A stretch of DNA of 51,825 nucleotides, filler included, from Squatina squatina (Eukaryota): NCBI GenBank assembly GCA_031763465.1. It is 3 parts of 3 records of this genome, joined end to end, with 100 filler letters (N's around TTAATTAATTAA, not from the genome) between each part and the next. Parts side by side here need not be neighbours in the genome. Positions count along the whole stretch, not along the records: positions 38,841 to 51,825 come from JARFOE010956886.1; 2 more parts are not named here. One strand, given 5' to 3'. Made by a program: the position numbers and the translations under genes. Each line of letters begins with the position of its first letter. Within the stretch, counting starts at the first letter, position 1. The notes beneath the pieces are model-generated. The model was not told the DNA's origin and searched no databases. It worked only from the letters and a program-made list of their open reading frames with translations. This document shows, piece after piece, positions 48,870-51,825 of this stretch.

Positions 48870-51825
48870 TGCTGCAATTATAATATTTACAGAGAATGTA
48901 CGTGTGATAACAGTGCTGCAATTCTAATACTTACAGAGAATGTACTTGTGATAGCAATGCTGAAATTCTAATAATTACGGAGAATGTACGTGTGACAGCA
49001 GTGCTGCACATCTAATAGTTACAGAGAATGTATGTGTGATAGCAGTGCTGCAAATCTAATATTTACAGAATATGTACGTGTGACAGCAGAGCTGCACATC
49101 TAATATTTAAAGAAAATGTATGTGTGATAGCAGTGCTGCAAATCTAATATTTACAGAGAATATACTTGTGATAGCAGTGCTGCACATCTAATATTTAAAG
49201 AGAATATACATGTGATAGCAGTGCTGCAATTCATATATTTACAGAGAATGTACTTGCGCTAGCAGAGCTGCACATCTAATAATTAAAGAGAATGTACGTG
49301 TGATAGCAGGGCTGCAATTCAAATATTTACAGAGAATGTACTTGTGATAGCAGTGCTGCAATTCCAATATGTGCAGAGAATGTATGAGTGATAGCAGTGC
49401 TGCAATTCTAATATTTACAGAGAATGTATATGTGATAACTGTGCTGCAATTCTAGTGTTTACAGAGAATGTACGTGTGATAGCAGTGCTGTAATTCTAAT
49501 ATTACAGAGAATGTCCTTGTGATAGCAGTGCTGCAAATCTGATATTTACAGAGAATGTACGTGTGATTGCAGTACTGCATTTCAAATATTTGCAGAGAAT
49601 TTATGTGTGAAAGCAGTACTGCAATTCTAATTTTTGCAGAGAATGTATGTGTGATAGCAGTGCTGCAATTCTTATGTTTACAGGGAATGTACTTGTGATA
49701 GCAGTGCTGCAATTCTAATATTTACAGAGAATGTCCTTGTGATAGCAGTGCTGCAAATCTGATATTTACACAGAATGCACGTGTGATTGCAGTACTGCAT
49801 TTCTAATATTTGCGGAGAATGTACGTGTGATAGCAGTACTGCAATTCTAATATTTGCAGAGAATGTCCTTTTGATAGCAGTGCGGCAATTCTAATATTTT
49901 CAGAGAACGTACGTGTGAAAGCAGTGCTGCAATGCTAATATTTGCAGAGAATGTACTTGTGATAGCTTTGCTGCAATTCTAATATTTACATTAAATGCAC
50001 GTGATAGCTGTGCTGCAATTCTAATATTAACAGAGAAATGTAGGTGTGATAGCAGTGCTGCAATTCGAACAGTTACAGAGAATGTCCGTATGACAGCTGT
50101 GCTGCAATTCTAATATTTACAGAGAATGTCCTTGTGATAGCAGTTCCGCAAATCTAATATTTACAGAGAATATACTTGTGATAGCAGTGCTGCAAATCTA
50201 ATATTGACAGCGAATGTGTGTGTGATAGCGGTGCTGCAAATCTAATATTTACAGAGAATATACTTGTGATAGCAGTACTTCAAATCTAATATAGACAGAG
50301 AATGTATGTTTGATAGCAGTGCAGCATTTCTAATATTTACAGAGAATGTACTTGTGATAGCAATGCTGCAATTCTACTATTTACAGAGAATGTATTTGTG
50401 ACAGCAGTACAGCATTTCTAATATTTACAGAGAATGTACATGTGATAGCAGTGCTGCAATTCAGATACGTACAGAGAATGTATTTGTGATAGCAGTGCTG
50501 CAATTCAAATATTTACAGAGAATGTACTTGTGAAAGCAGTGCAGCAATTCAAATACTTACGGAGAATGTATTTGTGATAGCAGTGCTGCATTTCTAATAT
50601 TACAGAGAATGTACATGTGATAGCAGTGCTGCAATTCAAAAATTTACGGAGAATGTATTTGTGATAGCAGTGCTGCAATTCTAATATTTAAAGAGAATGT
50701 ACGTGTGATAGCAGTGCTGCAATTCATATATTTACAGAGAATTTACGTGTGATAGCCCTGCTGCATTTCTAATTTTTACAGAGAATGTACGTGTGATAGC
50801 AGTGCTGCAATTCTACTATTTACAGAGAATGTACTTGTGATAGCAGTGTTGCAATTCTCATACTTACGGAGAATGTAGGTGTGTTAGCAGCGTTGCACAT
50901 CTAATATTTAGAGAGAATGTCTGTGTGATAGCAGTGCTCCAAATCAAATATTTGCAGAGAATGTATTTGTGATAGCCGTGCTGCAATTCCAATATTTAAG
51001 GAGAATTTACGTGTGATAGCAGCGCTGCAATTCTAATATTTGCAGAGAATGTACTTGTTATAACAGTGCTGCACATCTAATATTTAAAGAGAATGTACTT
51101 GTGATAGCAGTGCTGCAATTCATATATTTACAGAGAATGTACTTGTGATAACAGAGCTGCAATTCCAATATTTACAGAGAATGTATGAGTGATATCAGTG
51201 CTGCAATTCTAATATTTACAGAGAATGTATATGTGATAACTGTGCTGCAATTCTAGTATTTTCAGAGAATGTACATGTGTTCGCTGAGCTGCACTTCTTA
51301 TTTTTACAGAGAATGTACTTGTGATAGCAGTGCTGCAAATCTGATATTTGCAGAGAATGTACGTTTCATAGCAGTACTGCAATTCTAATATTTGCAGAGA
51401 ATTTATGTGTGATATAGGTGCTGCAAATGTAATATCTACAGAGAATATACTTGTGATAGCAGTGCTGCACATCTAATATTTAAAGAGAATGTACGTGTGA
51501 TAGCAGTGCTGCAATTCATATATTTACAGAGAATGTACTTGTGATAGCAGTGCTGCCATTCTAATATTTACAGAAAATGCACATGTGATAGCTGTGCTGC
51601 AATTCTAATATTTACAGAGAATGTACGTGTGATAGCAGTGCTGCAATTCTAATTTTTACAGAGAATGTACGTGTGATAGCAGTGCTGCAATTCAAATATT
51701 TACAGAGAATGTACGTGCGATAGCAGTGCAGCAATTCTTATATTTACAAGAATGTATTTGTGACAGCAGTACAGCATTTCTAATATTTACAGAGAATGTA
51801 CATGTGATAGCAGTGCTGCAATTCA
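48858..51825 (+). repeat. 44-bp tandem satellite array (runs off the window end)
   Basis: Consensus GTGATAGCAGTGCTGCAATTCTAATATTTACAGAGAATGTAC(G/T)T. Period 44 (AATTCTAA at 51601 and 51645). Confidence 0.95.

Noticed and set aside
49452-49712. Cys/His-rich ORFs in the satellite (also 51209-51472, 44676-44903, 42829-43011) as zinc-finger-like proteins
   Set aside because: They are translations of the 44/46-bp unit cycling through frames where the consensus stop happens to be mutated. No C2H2 spacing.
38982-51825. CRISPR-like array
   Set aside because: Units are head-to-tail with no unique spacers, there are no cas genes, and the context is vertebrate. This is satellite DNA.

Overview
Eukaryotic, AT-rich, gene-poor DNA, most probably from a cartilaginous fish (shark). 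This is inferred from recognisable shark-type repeats: CR1, L2 and RTE LINE fragments, a SacSINE1/DeuSINE-like tRNA SINE, a Penelope terminal repeat and a PIF/Harbinger Myb-like gene relic. It is a fragmented draft assembly with about two dozen N gaps (mostly 100 N, some 10 N). Two artificial N44-TTAATTAATTAA-N44 linkers (20112-20211, 38741-38840) indicate that three probably unrelated scaffolds were concatenated: 1-20111, 20212-38740 and 38841-51825. I found no intact protein-coding gene, rRNA, tRNA or CRISPR array; most ORFs in the track are chance ORFs, N-gap read-throughs or TE relics. Segments 1 and 2 look like intronic/intergenic DNA with decayed TEs and a few palindromic motif clusters that could be regulatory. 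Segment 3 is the most structured part. It holds a 46-bp satellite with local higher-order repeats that decays into an intermediate-looking form, then a minus-strand LTR element with unassigned ORF relics, a SINE, and a homologous, more homogeneous 44-bp satellite. I cannot support a claim of a new biological system. The best leads are this two-subfamily, dyad-symmetric satellite, the unusual LTR element inside it, and a triple inverted repeat carrying FOX and PBX/MEIS motifs at 18.9-19.1 kb. All family assignments come from motif recognition by eye, not from database searches.
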